Part shown: in pieces, positions 1-13,349 of the stretch
How positions within the stretch are numbered: position 1 is the stretch's first letter
Layout: every line of letters begins with the position of its first letter
The notes under the pieces: generated by a model
The model's input: only the letters and a program-made list of their open reading frames with translations
What the model was told of the DNA's origin: nothing
Database searches by the model: none
Source: Folioceros fuciformis
Taxonomy: Eukaryota
Assembly: GCA_049999805.1 (NCBI GenBank)
Contig: JBNGIO010006273.1
Location: forward strand, 53,637-117,636
Length of the DNA stretch: 64,000 nucleotides
Direction: 5' to 3'
Translations under genes and position numbers: made by a program

Positions 1-51
1 AACATTTGGTGACCCACCAATGGACTGTGATACTTTGATATCATTGTCCTT

Positions 52-1430
52 CTATGTGTCCAACACTTTGGCGATCCAAAAAGGCCTATTGTCTTCATAT
101 GTCTCGCATGGGATGGTAATCATGTGCTCTGCTTCTATCTCTAATACATCTCCATTGAAGCTGTCACGGTCGTTGCAAACATGAGCCTCTCTTCTATATG
201 CACCCACATACATGTCTCTTCTAGGAACTTCTCGTATCCGTGGGTTTTCCACCACCAATGCATTTGGCACGTGTAACGGTGTATTCAACAACTCTGCCAC
301 ATCATGATTATACCATCGCCATGGCCACAAGAGGTCTTGCTCCACACCCGAATTTATTATTTGAACGATGGCCTCTTGCTCTGCCCAAAGTGAATCCCAT
401 CAGATGTCCTCGCCCACACCTAAGTGCTGCCGTAATTTGCACTCCAATCTTGATCGAATCTGTGACAAGTTATATCCTGGCACATTGTCAGTAATAGTCT
501 TCTATTTCCTACTCCTGAGCTGCAGATGCATTAGTGGAGCGGCTTTCATAACCCCATCCGAAACTAGTTAGAGAAATTCTATACCATCATCAAGTGACCA
601 GTATTGATCGAAGGAATACTGTTTCCCTCTCGTCATTGTAACAGATCCACGATCTCCGCGGCTCTCCTTTGTGATCTTGAATTGGTGTTGAAAAGATATA
701 TTATGGAGCTGATGAACTGCTGCAACATTCTGATACCTTGCTTTCCCATACGGTATACTCCACACAAACTTTCTAAAGTCCGGCACCTCTTTCACCTCAT
801 GAATGTCTCGCATGGGGGTATACGTGTTCTACATGACTGTAATAAGTTTTGGTAAAGTCAAAGCTTCCTTCCAACCGAGTGCCGTTGAAAAACTGGAAAA
901 CATATGATCTACCTGGTCGTGCGTATGGCCCACTAACAAGAACCCCACTTTTATCTTCACGTAAGCCCGCTTTTCCACTGATCAAATAAGAAGAAAGCAA
1001 CGCGTTTTTGTTCTCCCGTGCAATGTTGTCTAGCTGCAAGTATAGAACTCCAGGTAGCAGGCCGTCGTACTCGTGTATCGCGTGCTGAATAATTAATATT
1101 GTTAGGTTTGTATCGTTTCGAATGTTCCCAAACTTGATGAAGAGCTTGGGTGTCATAGTCTTGTTGTATATCAGACACCCTACCACATGCACATCAAGGA
1201 GGCCAACATCCGCCAAATCTTTTGGTACTCGAACGAAATTGGGCAGCTGAGTCTTTTGTTGATCCATTCCATCCACTGATATCCCAATGTACTTCCCGGG
1301 GTCGCCATAACATTTGACCCGACGTTTGATACTCTTCTCGCGCTCTACTTCCAATCTATGTCGATGTATCTTCAAGTCAGATTTGAAGCCCTCTACAAAA
1401 AATGCATGGAACTTCAAATCAGAATAAGAA
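52..1430 (-). pseudogene. Putative DNA-transposon transposase remnant (RNase H-like, DUF7869-type motif set), frameshifted
   Basis: ORF 797-1441 has GISVDGMDQQKTQLP and LPGVLYLQLDNIARENKN. After a frameshift near 960 the minus strand reads VKIKVGFLLVGHTHDQVDHMFSSFS. Fragments 568-813 and 52-345 continue downstream. Family label is from motif recall. Confidence 0.7.
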
Positions 1431-1450
1431 AAAATACGCACTAATGGTGG

Positions 1451-1672
1451 GTGTGCGCCGGTCTATCGGCGCACACCTACCACCAGTGCATTGTGGAAAA
1501 ATGGCCGGGGTGTGCCAGTAGACCGGCGCAGCCTGGCTACTGTGTCTAGAATGGGCGTTTTTCGTCGCTTTCTGTGAAAATTGCCGGAGTGCGCCGGTAG
1601 ACCAGTGCACTCTGGCCAACTTGAAAGACTTGTAGATTGGGGAGGGTGTGTGCTGGTCTACTAGTGCACTCT
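1451..1672. repeat. Cluster of four hairpin motifs, consensus GTGCGCCGG-TCTA/TAGA-CCGGCGCAC
   Basis: Copies at about 1451-1476, 1511-1530, 1583-1616 and 1648-1672; another copy at 6772-6794. Confidence 0.8.
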
Positions 1673-1749
1673 AGTCATTACAAGTGATTTTTCCCTTACG
1701 TAGGCTGGTATGACGTAGTTCTTGATTTGTGATTCTGCTTTTTGTGTAG

Positions 1750-4700
1750 TTTTTCTGAACGAAATGCTTTTTGGCAGAAACCAGTGGACATCACAGACCT
1801 TGAAGCATTGCTGAAGCCTTTTCAAGATTATGTTTATTCTGCTAGAAACTGGAAGCGCATGGAAGAAGAAAAGCAGAGACTCGCAGATGCAGATATGGAT
1901 GCAGGATGATCGGAGTTCAAAGTCCCAAACAGTAACATTAAGACTAAGTATCAAGTTATCCATCAAAACATTCTGGAGATGAAAGCATTTCTGGTAAAAC
2001 GATCGTATACTCTCTTATTCACAGATTTGCCTCGCGGACTGCAATGACATGAATACGACAGGCAGCTGACAAGCGAAGAGCTTGATGTGGGCAAGCGGGT
2101 ATGGTATCCCTACCAGGAACCCGCTCACATGTATCGTGGCCACATCAATCCCACGGTCGTTGTAGGTTTCCCTGGAATCGCTCCCCTCTTAGCCTAGTCA
2201 GCTATGTTTATCGCTCCCCTACACTAGTCAGCTCTCCCAACCACGTACCTACCAATCTAGCCACACGTCCCATTAATAGGTAGGCACCATTCCTTCACTT
2301 GGAAGGGCCCCAGTACCTCCCCTACCGATTTCTACCTCCCTACACTCAATACCTTTTCCTCACAAGGCTCCCTACGACACACTCCTCTACCCACAATCTA
2401 GCTACTCGTCTCCCTACGCCTAGCAANNNNNNNNNNNNNNNNNNNNNNNNNNNNNNNNNNNNNNNNNNNNNNNNNNNNNNNNNNNNNNNNNNNNNNNNNN
2501 NNNNNNNNNNNNNNNNNNNNNNNNNNACATCAATCCCACGGTCGTTGTAGGTTTCCCCGGAATCGCTCCCCTCTTAGCCTAGTCAGCTACGTTTATCGCT
2601 CCCCTACACTAGTCAGCTCTCCCAACCATGTACCTACCAATCTAGCCACACGTCCCATCAATAGGTAGGCACCATTCCTTCACTTGGAAGGGCCCCAGTA
2701 CCTCCCCTACCGATTTCTACCTCCCTACACTCAATACCTTTTCCTCACAAGGCTCCCTACGACACACTCCTCTACCCACAATCTAGCTACTCGTCTCCCT
2801 ACGCCTAGCAACCGACAAGTTTTCCTCCGAGCCTACTCCGCTCCCTCCAACTCTGTTTATTGTTCGCCTACGACCTTCAACCTTTCCCGCGTACCTTCAA
2901 CACGTCCAGTTAGTAGGAAGGCACCATTCCTTCACTTGGAAGGGCCCCAGTACCCCCCCCTACCAACTTCCAACTACCTACACCCAGCACCTTTCCCCAC
3001 AAGTCTCCTCACAACACCTTCTACACGATCCAACTCCGCGTTTCCCTATGTTCAAGACTCCCAACCAGACATCACAAGAACCTTTGCAATCGGCAACAGA
3101 AAGGGCACTCGCAGCTCCCCCTCCTGCCAAGATGTCCACGCAGGCTTACGAAAATTGGTTCTCTATTCGTCACGAAACACTTACAATCAAAGAACGAGGC
3201 CTCTGGCTCAAGTTCTTCATTCTACTTATATAGGATGGCAGACGGCTTCCTACCTACCACTAGCCGCGGCCAGCTTTAACTATGCACACCTACCAAGAGG
3301 CTAAGACCTACCAATAGTTGCTAAGGCAGTGCGCGCTGATGAAGATTAGGACTGTCGGTGCCGCCATAGAAGATTCGTTGACCCCCTTTTTCAAAAAGGT
3401 ATGGCTAGGATGACTCCTGAAGGGAGGCAGAGTCTAAAGGCTGAGCCATTGGGCCCCCCTCCATTATTGGGATTCGTCTTCTTGTGGATCTACGAGCTTC
3501 CACCGTACCTTCCTCTGTGTGGATCTCTTGGGCTATCCCTTCACCACTACCTACAAGTTTCGTAGGGGAGGGTTCCCCTTGTTCCTCAACTTGAGGCTCC
3601 TTCCCTACATAGGGTGGGAATGTTCCCTCCGTAGCTAGGGTACCTGTTGCTTCCTCCGTAGGTAGGGTCCCTACCATTCCTTCCCCTCCTCTCGTAGGTA
3701 GGTTCCCTACCCCTTCTCTCATAGGTAGGTTCCCTACGAGAGTAGGTACCCCTTGTTGCGTGCTCTCCAGGTCCATACTGCTGTCCTCTTGAAAGTCTGT
3801 TGGTAGGGGCACTGTCTCCAGGGCCTCATGGTCGTCATCATGTGGCCGAAGACACCTTCGCCTTGCCAATGCTGCCAGTTCCTTGTGATGAGCGAGTAGA
3901 TGTTGGTGTAGGTGGAGGTTGCGATTCTGTTGAGCTAGATCTATGGTATCCATGTCAACAACCCAATCCCCACCCTCGCATCTACTCTTGTAGATATCCC
4001 GTTCAGCCTCCATCGCCCCTACCTTCAACTGTAGGTTAAGGTTTTATTGATGAGTTGCATGAAGCTTGGTCATGCACCCCATCAAGTAGGCATAGTCAGC
4101 ACGAAACCTACGAGCTCGAACCACCAGCATCCTGTGAATCTTGGTCTGGTGCTCAGCTTCTTGTTGTGCTTTCTCCTGCCGAAGGTCTTCTAATTGGATG
4201 GTCAATTGTTCCCTCTCCACTCGCTCTCGTTGCCCTGCTTCAAGGCGTTACTGGAGTTCTTGGTTCGCTTTAGCATTCTGTGCCTCCAACTCATCTAGCT
4301 TGCCTTGTAAATCCTTTGCAAGGTAGACTTGTTCCCGTAGCTGTTCCTCCACCACTTTCCTAGTTTCCTCAGACTAGGTGAGGTCCCTTCGACATGCAAT
4401 GATCTCATGGGATAAACCTTGTTGGGAAGTCTGCAACGTGGTCACCTGCTGGGTCAACGTCTCCAGTCCTTGCCTTTGCTCACCATCCTTGAGGAGATAT
4501 TGTTCTCTCTCCTTTTCCAATTCCTGCACTTTGGATTCTAGTCGTGCCTGGTTTGCATCCCGACTTATGTCCTCCTGTAGACGGGCTGCAATCATTGCAC
4601 GTGCCTCTCCCCTATTGATGTTTTGTAGCTATTGGCCACAGCGAATGATGTTGCTTCACACTCCCAACAGCAATTCTAGTGCCCCAGATGGTAGGGTGGT

Positions 4701-6479
4701 GTTGGGTGACCTCCGCCCATCTATGGTTTTATCCAGGATCCCAATACCATCGCTCTCCTCTTTCGACCTACCGTACACCTATCGGATGCTCTGCACAGTC
4801 CACCACTGAGGGTCAGTCCTTGCGATTCGTTCAGGTAGGGATTCAAACTCCTCCTTCGATTGCTTTATGTTGGTATAGCACTCCTTCACCAAGCCTTCAT
4901 GAACATACGACCAATGTCTGCCCTATATCCAGTCAAGCTAGATGTTTGCGTCACATGCCCAAGTCCGTAGGTCTATCAAATCCCTTGAGTTCAGTTGGCC
5001 CCCAAAGCAGGAAAAGGACGGAACTTTGGTTCGGGGAGAGCTGGCTGCCCTCGTGGGTCGTCCCCTACTGCCAGAACCCACCTGAGTGTTGTTGGAGGTC
5101 CGCGCCATAGTTGATGGAACAAAACCCCAAGAATGTCGATTGCCCTCCTTTACGCAAGGTTATACCCCTACCTCCGTAGGCAACTGTTCCCAACTTCTGT
5201 CCAACTGATTTCACGTCCCCTGCACCGTTCCTCCCTATGGCTCTCACCACAACAAAGCCCTTTCTCTCGCTCTGAGTCCGCTTGGTCACAACAAGTAGGT
5301 CCCCGGCGTAGGTGTCTTGTCGCACAGCTACTTCCTTGATCCCCGCTATGTAGGTAGATGTAGTTCCCTACGTGGAGGTGAGCACCCTTCGTTGATGGGA
5401 CACCTTAGGTAGGGACCCCTTTAAATACCCTCTTGTCGTAGGTATACTTCTATATGTAGTAATTGCCCTTAATAGATACCCTACACAGGTGTCCCCTTTT
5501 CTGTAGATAGCTTGCAAGCCCTTCACAACTATATTTCTTATTTAGGTACTACCTCCCACATAGATATCCTCCCTACGTGGGCATACTTCCCTATAGGTAG
5601 CCATCCCAAAGAAGGTAACTTCTTTATGATACTACCCCTTATTATCGCCACTCATCTAACCTACCAAACCAAGACCAAACAAAACTGAAAATGATATTAG
5701 CCGCTCTCTACCTATTGCGGGTACTTGCCAAAACCCCGCATTCCACACTTGAGGACATGATTCGAGGGTTTTCAAAATGCACCAACAGTAATGTGTATAG
5801 GGTGGTTCTTACGCATGGCGTGGATCTTATTACATAGGCTAGGGAAGCACTTCGGCCATGGTGCAAGAAGGGAACCATTCAGACCTTAGTGTGGGAGAAG
5901 ACTAACATACCTCCCAATGCAGGCACAGTAGAGACTGTCAAGTATTTAATTGTTGGAAGTGCAATTCACTCTGAAGCTCAGGACACAAAAGCTTCATTAT
6001 TTGCGAATCAGGGATTTTTTCTTCTGAGAGTTATAAGGCATGGTGCTGTGGTGAAGAAACATCTGTTCTACTCTGCAGATTCTCTAGTCGTCTCGCCATA
6101 TCAAAAGCCCCTTGGTTTAATGGGTATGTTGGTGAATATGTTGTCTGCTGAAGGGGACTGGGTAGTGGATGCTTGCGCAGGATCTGAGTCATTTCTACAG
6201 TCTGTGATTCAAAGAGGAAGGCATGTTGTCGCAGTGGATATTGATGTAAGATGTACCACTTACGTCATGCAGCAGGTGAATGGCATAGGCTCTTTGCCAG
6301 ACTCTGATGAGGAGATCAGCACAGAACATTTCTCGCACGGGCCCACGAAGTTTTGGGCCAAAGTAGTCTGCGCGGATGGTAGCGTGGATCGTCGGATGCA
6401 GGTATTCAGTTTGTTGGGAAGAAAACGAGAGATTTTTTCACAATTGGACGACACACCAGCGAAAGAACTTTATGCATGA
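1750..6479 (+). pseudogene. Beta-class DNA amino-methyltransferase-like gene (N6_N4_Mtase-type), split by the 2086-5747 insertion and carrying in-frame stops
   Basis: 5' part ~1950-2085 reads YQVIHQNILEMKAFLVKRSYTLLFTDLPRG (motif IV-like). 3' part from 5748 in the same frame reads IQTLVWEK...SPYQKPLGLMGMLVNMLSAEGDWVVDACAGS...HVVAVDID (motifs X/I/II-like). Stops at 1907, 2045 and 5835. Confidence 0.75.
2086..5747. mobile_element. Large solo-LTR-like insertion (TGTGG...CCACA) with 5-bp TSD CTTGA and an internal minus-strand coiled-coil ORF
   Basis: CTTGA at 2081-2085 and 5748-5752. Inverted termini TGTGG/CCACA. Minus ORFs 3405-4028 and 4374-4595 share a frame that extends with stops to about 4920. 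CCTAC-rich. Contains an N gap. Confidence 0.8.
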
Positions 6480-7814
6480 CTATATGAGATGAGAGTGGAA
6501 AAGTTTCGCCTGAGATTGTGAAAACCCCGCATTTCTCTGTTCTAGATGTGGAGGGGGACAACTTCGGAGACACAGAGGGCCAGCGACTTAAAGACGTAGA
6601 AGTTGTAGTCGATTCTGAGGCCAATCAAGACATTCATGTTTTTGTTTAAAGGTGATTTTGAGAGTAGTGGAAGTGGATGGTCTATTATGATTATGAACAA
6701 ATTTGACTATTTCGTTTTTAAATCCATGGGATGCATATAGCCAGTTTCCTGTCCTTCAAACTTACACTTTAGGGCGCCGGTAGACCGGTGCACCGAAAGT
6801 AAGATTCTTTTTTTTCTCAAAGTTTTGGAGTTTGAAGGGTTTATGTACCACTTGGTTGTGGGCTTGAAGCAAATCTGTGGAAATCGATTATGTTCACTAC
6901 ACGTCAATATAAGTGGTTTTTGAAAAAAAAGTCTAAAATGTGGATATGTGACTAGGATGGTGTAAATTCAAATGTGCACCAAACGGGCTTCATGGAAAAC
7001 GACCGTTAGGTGCACAGCATGTTAGTTCCTTCACCAACACTTATATTGGCTGGTACATAAATGCAAAGTAACACACACAAGCAACCAATTGCTGACTTAT
7101 ACACTATTAGCACTAAATTTGCCTACTCCACTTATTGCCTAAAGAAAGAAGCCTTCATTAACACACATGTGTCATCGTATACTCACCTATCTATGATTTG
7201 CACTCATGTGCCTACTACAGCTATTGCCTAACGAAAGAAGCCTAAATTCAGGTTGTTTGTTCTTGTCAACAATTTGGACATATTGGTTGTTGTAGCATGC
7301 CTCACAACATTCATTGCGGCGCACCTTTAGTATGGATTGTTCGCGAAGCGTTGTGTGTTTTGTGGCACTTCATAAATATCTTGTGAATTGGCTTTGGATT
7401 TGGATAGTTGAGGATAGCAAACCTGTAGGGTTATTAAAGCCCAATGTGCTTAGTGTCTAGTTGAGTATCATTTTTTTAGATTAGCTTAAGCTAATCTTTA
7501 GGAAGCTTCTTGCGCAGCTTCCTGTGAGCTTCTTGTGAAGCTTTCTTGGGAGCTCTTCTAGAGGGTATAAATACCCTCTTGAGTTCCCTTGCAATATTGA
7601 GACAGTGGGAGTGTGTGAGAGACCTTGCTTTCTCATCTCCTCCTTCACCACGTGGCTCTCCTGGCATTCCTTCAAAACCGACCACCATTCAGCGAGCTCA
7701 ATTCATCCGAGGACATCATCAATGTGACAAGCCCGTAACGGGTTGTAGTGGGCCAGAATCCCGCTCTTTGCAGCCCACATCAAGCTAGCTCATTGCAACC
7801 AATTGGCCAATTCA

Positions 7815-8000
7815 TGTGCTCAAACTACATCCGGCTCATTTACATACCCAAACCACATCCGGCTCATTTACATACCCAAACCACATCCGGCTCATTTACA
7901 TACCCAAACCACATCGGCTCACTAACATGCTCAAACCGCATCGGCTCCTTCATATGCTCAAACCAGATGGGCTACTTCATATGCTCAAACCACACTGGCT
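7815..8000. repeat. Tandem repeat, ~28-bp unit (CATCCGGCTCATTTACATACCCAAACCA), degenerating at both ends
   Basis: Exact copies at 7828, 7856 and 7884, with degenerate neighbours. Confidence 0.85.
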
Positions 8001-8364
8001 CATGACACTTGGTTGTACATGCTTAGGTCGACCATGGCTAGCCTAGGATTTTCATTTATGACAAGGATTATGATCTGTCTTACATCAGCTGCAAAAACCT
8101 GTAGGTGGCATGGCTCCAAGGTATCGATGGACGTTGAGCTGGGTATCTTGAATTGAGGCAGGTTTTATTTCACACTATTTGCACAAAATCGCGATTGGTC
8201 CTGCCAAACATGGTGACAGCCGCTTGGGTTCGATGAGCGCCCAGCGCTTTCACCTTCAGCGCTTTAGCTCCGGATATTACATTTTGCGAAAAAAGTGGTA
8301 CAATCGGTACAAACACAGAGATCCAAGCGTCAGGCTTGGCATCGGTGAAGAATGAAGAGTGGTG

Positions 8365-9806
<1,442 letters not shown>

Positions 9807-10040
9807 ACCGATGATGGCTTTAGAACCTTCCAATGGATCCGCTGTTGGGACGGTCCCGAGCACTATTTCTCCCACTGCTTCCAAAACTGTCGGATTGCTC
9901 TTGATCCTATGCGATCAAGTCGCGGGAGATATCAGACGCGTATACGTACGGGAATGGGTGAAGCTATGGTGGAGAGTAACTATAACGTAGAAGGATTGGC
10001 GGTTCCGGATGCTGTGCTGATGATCGGTGGTGGGTGCTGG

Positions 10041-10049
10041 TTTTATAGG
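10041..10049 (-). promoter_or_regulatory. Candidate TATA box of the peroxidase gene
   Basis: Minus strand CCTATAAAA about 235 bp upstream of the ATG at 9806. Confidence 0.5.
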
Positions 10050-11096
10050 CCCTTGAAGGCGTGGGCGGAGAAGCTGATCCGAGCTGCTACCGTTGCCCAG
10101 CCCAGGTGGCGCCAGCTCTCCATGGACGCGCTTCGTTCGCGCATCCATGTTGACCAGAGGTTGGGTGCTGCACGACGCCGTCACGGCAACAATCAGGCGC
10201 CTTCGGTTGCCTGCCTCGTTTCGTACGAGCTGAGGGACAAGATAAGAGGTGTCACACCTGATGCTGCCTTGTTTGTTTTCATTGGTTTAGAGGAACATGG
10301 ATGAGAGACGGGAACTGTGGCATAAAATGCTCACCGTTCTGTTTTGTCTTATTGTATTATATTATTATATTATATGATGTTAAATTTAGAGTTCGTACAA
10401 ATTATCGGTACTTGATGGGACTTCCACTTCCTGCTGGCGTGCCTGGGCGGGCGCCTGAGCAGCCCGGGCTTTTCTGGCCATGTAGTTGCCCGCTGGCTCG
10501 TGTGTTCAACGACAACTTTGAATTCTGGGAGATGGAACTTTCACTGCCACACTATGATATTCGTACATAATCGAGTTCCTGTCTCCGCGCTCTCTCCTTT
10601 ACCCAATCAGGCAGCAAGCTCAGAAACAGCCTGCCTAAGACCATGTCGCCTGAATTGCAGTCCACTGTTCCATGAGTTCCAGGAAACGTCTTTTATCTCG
10701 TTCACCCAACCAGGCAGCAATTTCAGAAACAGCCTGCCTAAGACCATTTCGCCTGAATACCAGTCCGTTGTGACACAAATTCCAGGTCACGCTAAAATGG
10801 TCTTATTCGAGTTGGAGGCTATGTGTGGTCGCAAACCCTGGGAGTCTGAGGTTACTCTTGAACAGCCACACTTGTTCACTATCGTGGCAAAGTTGCAGAA
10901 AGGCTCCGTCCCTAGTGGGTATGCGGACTTGATTGGCGTTGTTTACCTCCCTTCCCTTAACAACACTTATGACTCCTTTAAGTATTGGCTCACGTACCTG
11001 GGTCCATTGCCGGAGTCTCGCTCTCTCGGGCCCATTAATTACTTGTTCGAGTAACCTAGGTCCACCGCATAGAGTCTCTCGCTCTCTCGGGTCCAT

Positions 11097-12850
11097 TGTG
11101 TTAGAAATCCATAGGATTTATACAACATATTTATAGTAGACTTATTAAATCTACCTCGAGTTATTTATGGTTAGGGTTTATCGAATGCTATATATATATA
11201 TATACATGCATAGACTACCCTACTATGGTAATGAGAAATACACTTGGGATTTTGTCGAAGCCTCACTTAGGGTTTTCTTAGTGTGCGGTATGTGTGTGCC
11301 AATGTGTGGTAGACTAAGCGTGGTTTGTTGAGTGTGAGCTCTATGGTCCCACAACCTTGTAGGAGGGCTCTATTGAAGTGTGGAACTTGAGAAGACGTAA
11401 AGAGCAATGCTCATCATCATGGCTTTTGAGATTTTTAGCCATAAGTCCATACCAAAAAAGTTTGACCCTACAACCTCAAACTTTTCATCTATGGGGCACA
11501 TGGCTTTTGAGAGTTCTGACCATAAGTCTATGCCAGAAAAGTTTGACCCTCAACCTCAAACCTTCATTTATGAAGAACATGGCTTTTGAGAGTTTTGACC
11601 ATAAGTCTATGCCCAAAAAAAGTTTGACCTTGCAACCTCAAACTTTTATCTATGGAGCACATGGCTTTTGAGAGTTTTGACCATAAGTCTATGCTAGAAA
11701 AGTTTGATCATAAGTCTATGCTAGAAAAGTTTGACCCTGCAAACTCAACCCTTCATCTATGGAGAACGTGGCTTTTGAGAGTTTTGACCATAAGTCTATG
11801 TTAGAAAAGTTTGACCCTGCAATCTCAAACTTTCATCTATGGAGCACGAGGATGAAGATGTTGTCTAAGAAAGAGGAGCTATGGGCGATTGTGAGCGGAG
11901 AAAGAGAGAGGTCCACAAAGCATTCAAGCACCTTGAGAGATTAGATGAAGAAGAATAGCCAAGCGTGGAATGCGATTTGTCTTCACTTAAAAGGCCCTAT
12001 TTTTAAGCATGTTAATAATTTCAAGAACTTAGCGAAGGTATGGAGCAGCTTAGGGGAGCTTTTAAAACTAAAAACTCCACACCTTCATATAAATTCTATG
12101 ATTTAAAGATGCAAAGGTGATAAGGAGATACAATTACCACTCATTTGAGCATAAAGAGAGAAGGTAAGCTTGAGGAAGAGGACATAAATTATAATCCTAG
12201 AAAGCTTATCCGCATCATATTATTCATATTATTTGCTTGTTTTTGCTTTGCATGCACAATGACAACAATTGACTGTGAAAGAGTTGACAAGTTGATTGCT
12301 TTATTAGGAGCAAAGACACAAGTGATCATAGTGTAGATAGAGGTTTTGCTTTCTACTCGTGAGGGAAAGGAAAAGGTCAATATCGTCAAGGATCAAAATC
12401 ATGTAAAGGTAATCATGATAAAAAAAGTGGATCTAGTGAAAAGTCTTCTCATGGTAAAGCTATAAATCTATATATCACTATTGTGGAAAACCCTAACCAA
12501 ATGGTGATTGTATACATATCACTATTGTGACGAAACCTAACCAAATGGTGAGAGACTATTGTTGGACAAAAGTGCATACATGAGTACCTCTAATCAAAAG
12601 AAGGCCATAACAGTGCCCATCATGTGCATGAAAAGAAGGCCACAACTATGGCCATTGTGTAGATGAAAAGGCTTAAGGAGGCTCAAAGAACTTTCTGTTT
12701 TCTTGATCAAGTACACAATATACATTATATCATTCTCTTCTAATTCTACATGCCAACATATCTAAGATACTTACTTATAGACTTATGAGCATTTTACATT
12801 TTATACATGACCTCATATAGGTCATAGTTCGTAACGTATAAGGATCATTC
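11097..12850 (+). mobile_element. Heavily degraded Copia-like remnant (LTR-like start, tandem array, gag fragment)
   Basis: TG-starting AT-rich block at ~11097. Gag-like MKMLSKKEELWAIVSGERERS at ~11850-11910, followed by stop-ridden UBN2-like sequence. Boundaries approximate. Confidence 0.5.
11418..11845. repeat. Tandem array, ~78-80-bp unit (ATGGCTTTTGAGAGTTTTGACCATAAGTCTATG...AAGTTTGACCCT...), about 5 copies
   Basis: Unit starts near 11418, 11500, 11579, 11661 and 11768. Confidence 0.85.
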
Positions 12851-13349
12851 TAATGATAACCCTATGATGTAGCTTGAGATCATAAAAGCTTTGTGATCAA
12901 GGGAGAAATGAGCTAGCATCTGAATCAAGTTGGAGAATGGGGACATTAAGTATCTCAAGGACAGACAATAGCTCATGATGGACGGTCCACGAGGAGGAGT
13001 GATCATGGGAGTGGGAGCGTGGTCATTCAGGATGGATGGGGAGTGCGCGCAGCAGGTGCAAGGAAAAAGAAGGTGAGAAGCGAAATAGCTTTCATGGAGA
13101 AGGAAGGATCAAGAACGTGGAGCTGAACGGAGCAATGATGTTTGAGCAAGCAAACGCTCCCATATTGGTGTGAAAATGTGTGCTAGCTGCGAATAAGAAA
13201 GTGCAAGTGTGCAAAGGCCAGAGGATTTGAGCTCAAGGAAATCCGTCACCTTGCAGTCGTGAGGTCTTGGACCCAAGACAATGCAAGGGGCATTTTGATG
13301 CTTCATAACGAAATAAGGTTGCCCTAATATATCCCGCTTCCCGGCGCTA

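Noticed and set aside
2142-2810. Near-identical ~285-bp direct repeat either side of the N run
   Set aside because: Flanks a scaffold gap and is almost identical, so most likely an unmerged contig overlap rather than LTRs or a real duplication.
1750-6479. Bacterial contamination as the source of the methyltransferase
   Set aside because: The gene is interrupted by an LTR-type insertion with a TSD, shows C>T-type stops and is contiguous with plant genes and TEs, so it appears resident in the genome; read-level confirmation is still advisable.
10500-11054. 184-aa ORF with short internal repeats
   Set aside because: Non-ATG start and no family recognised; cannot be supported as a gene.
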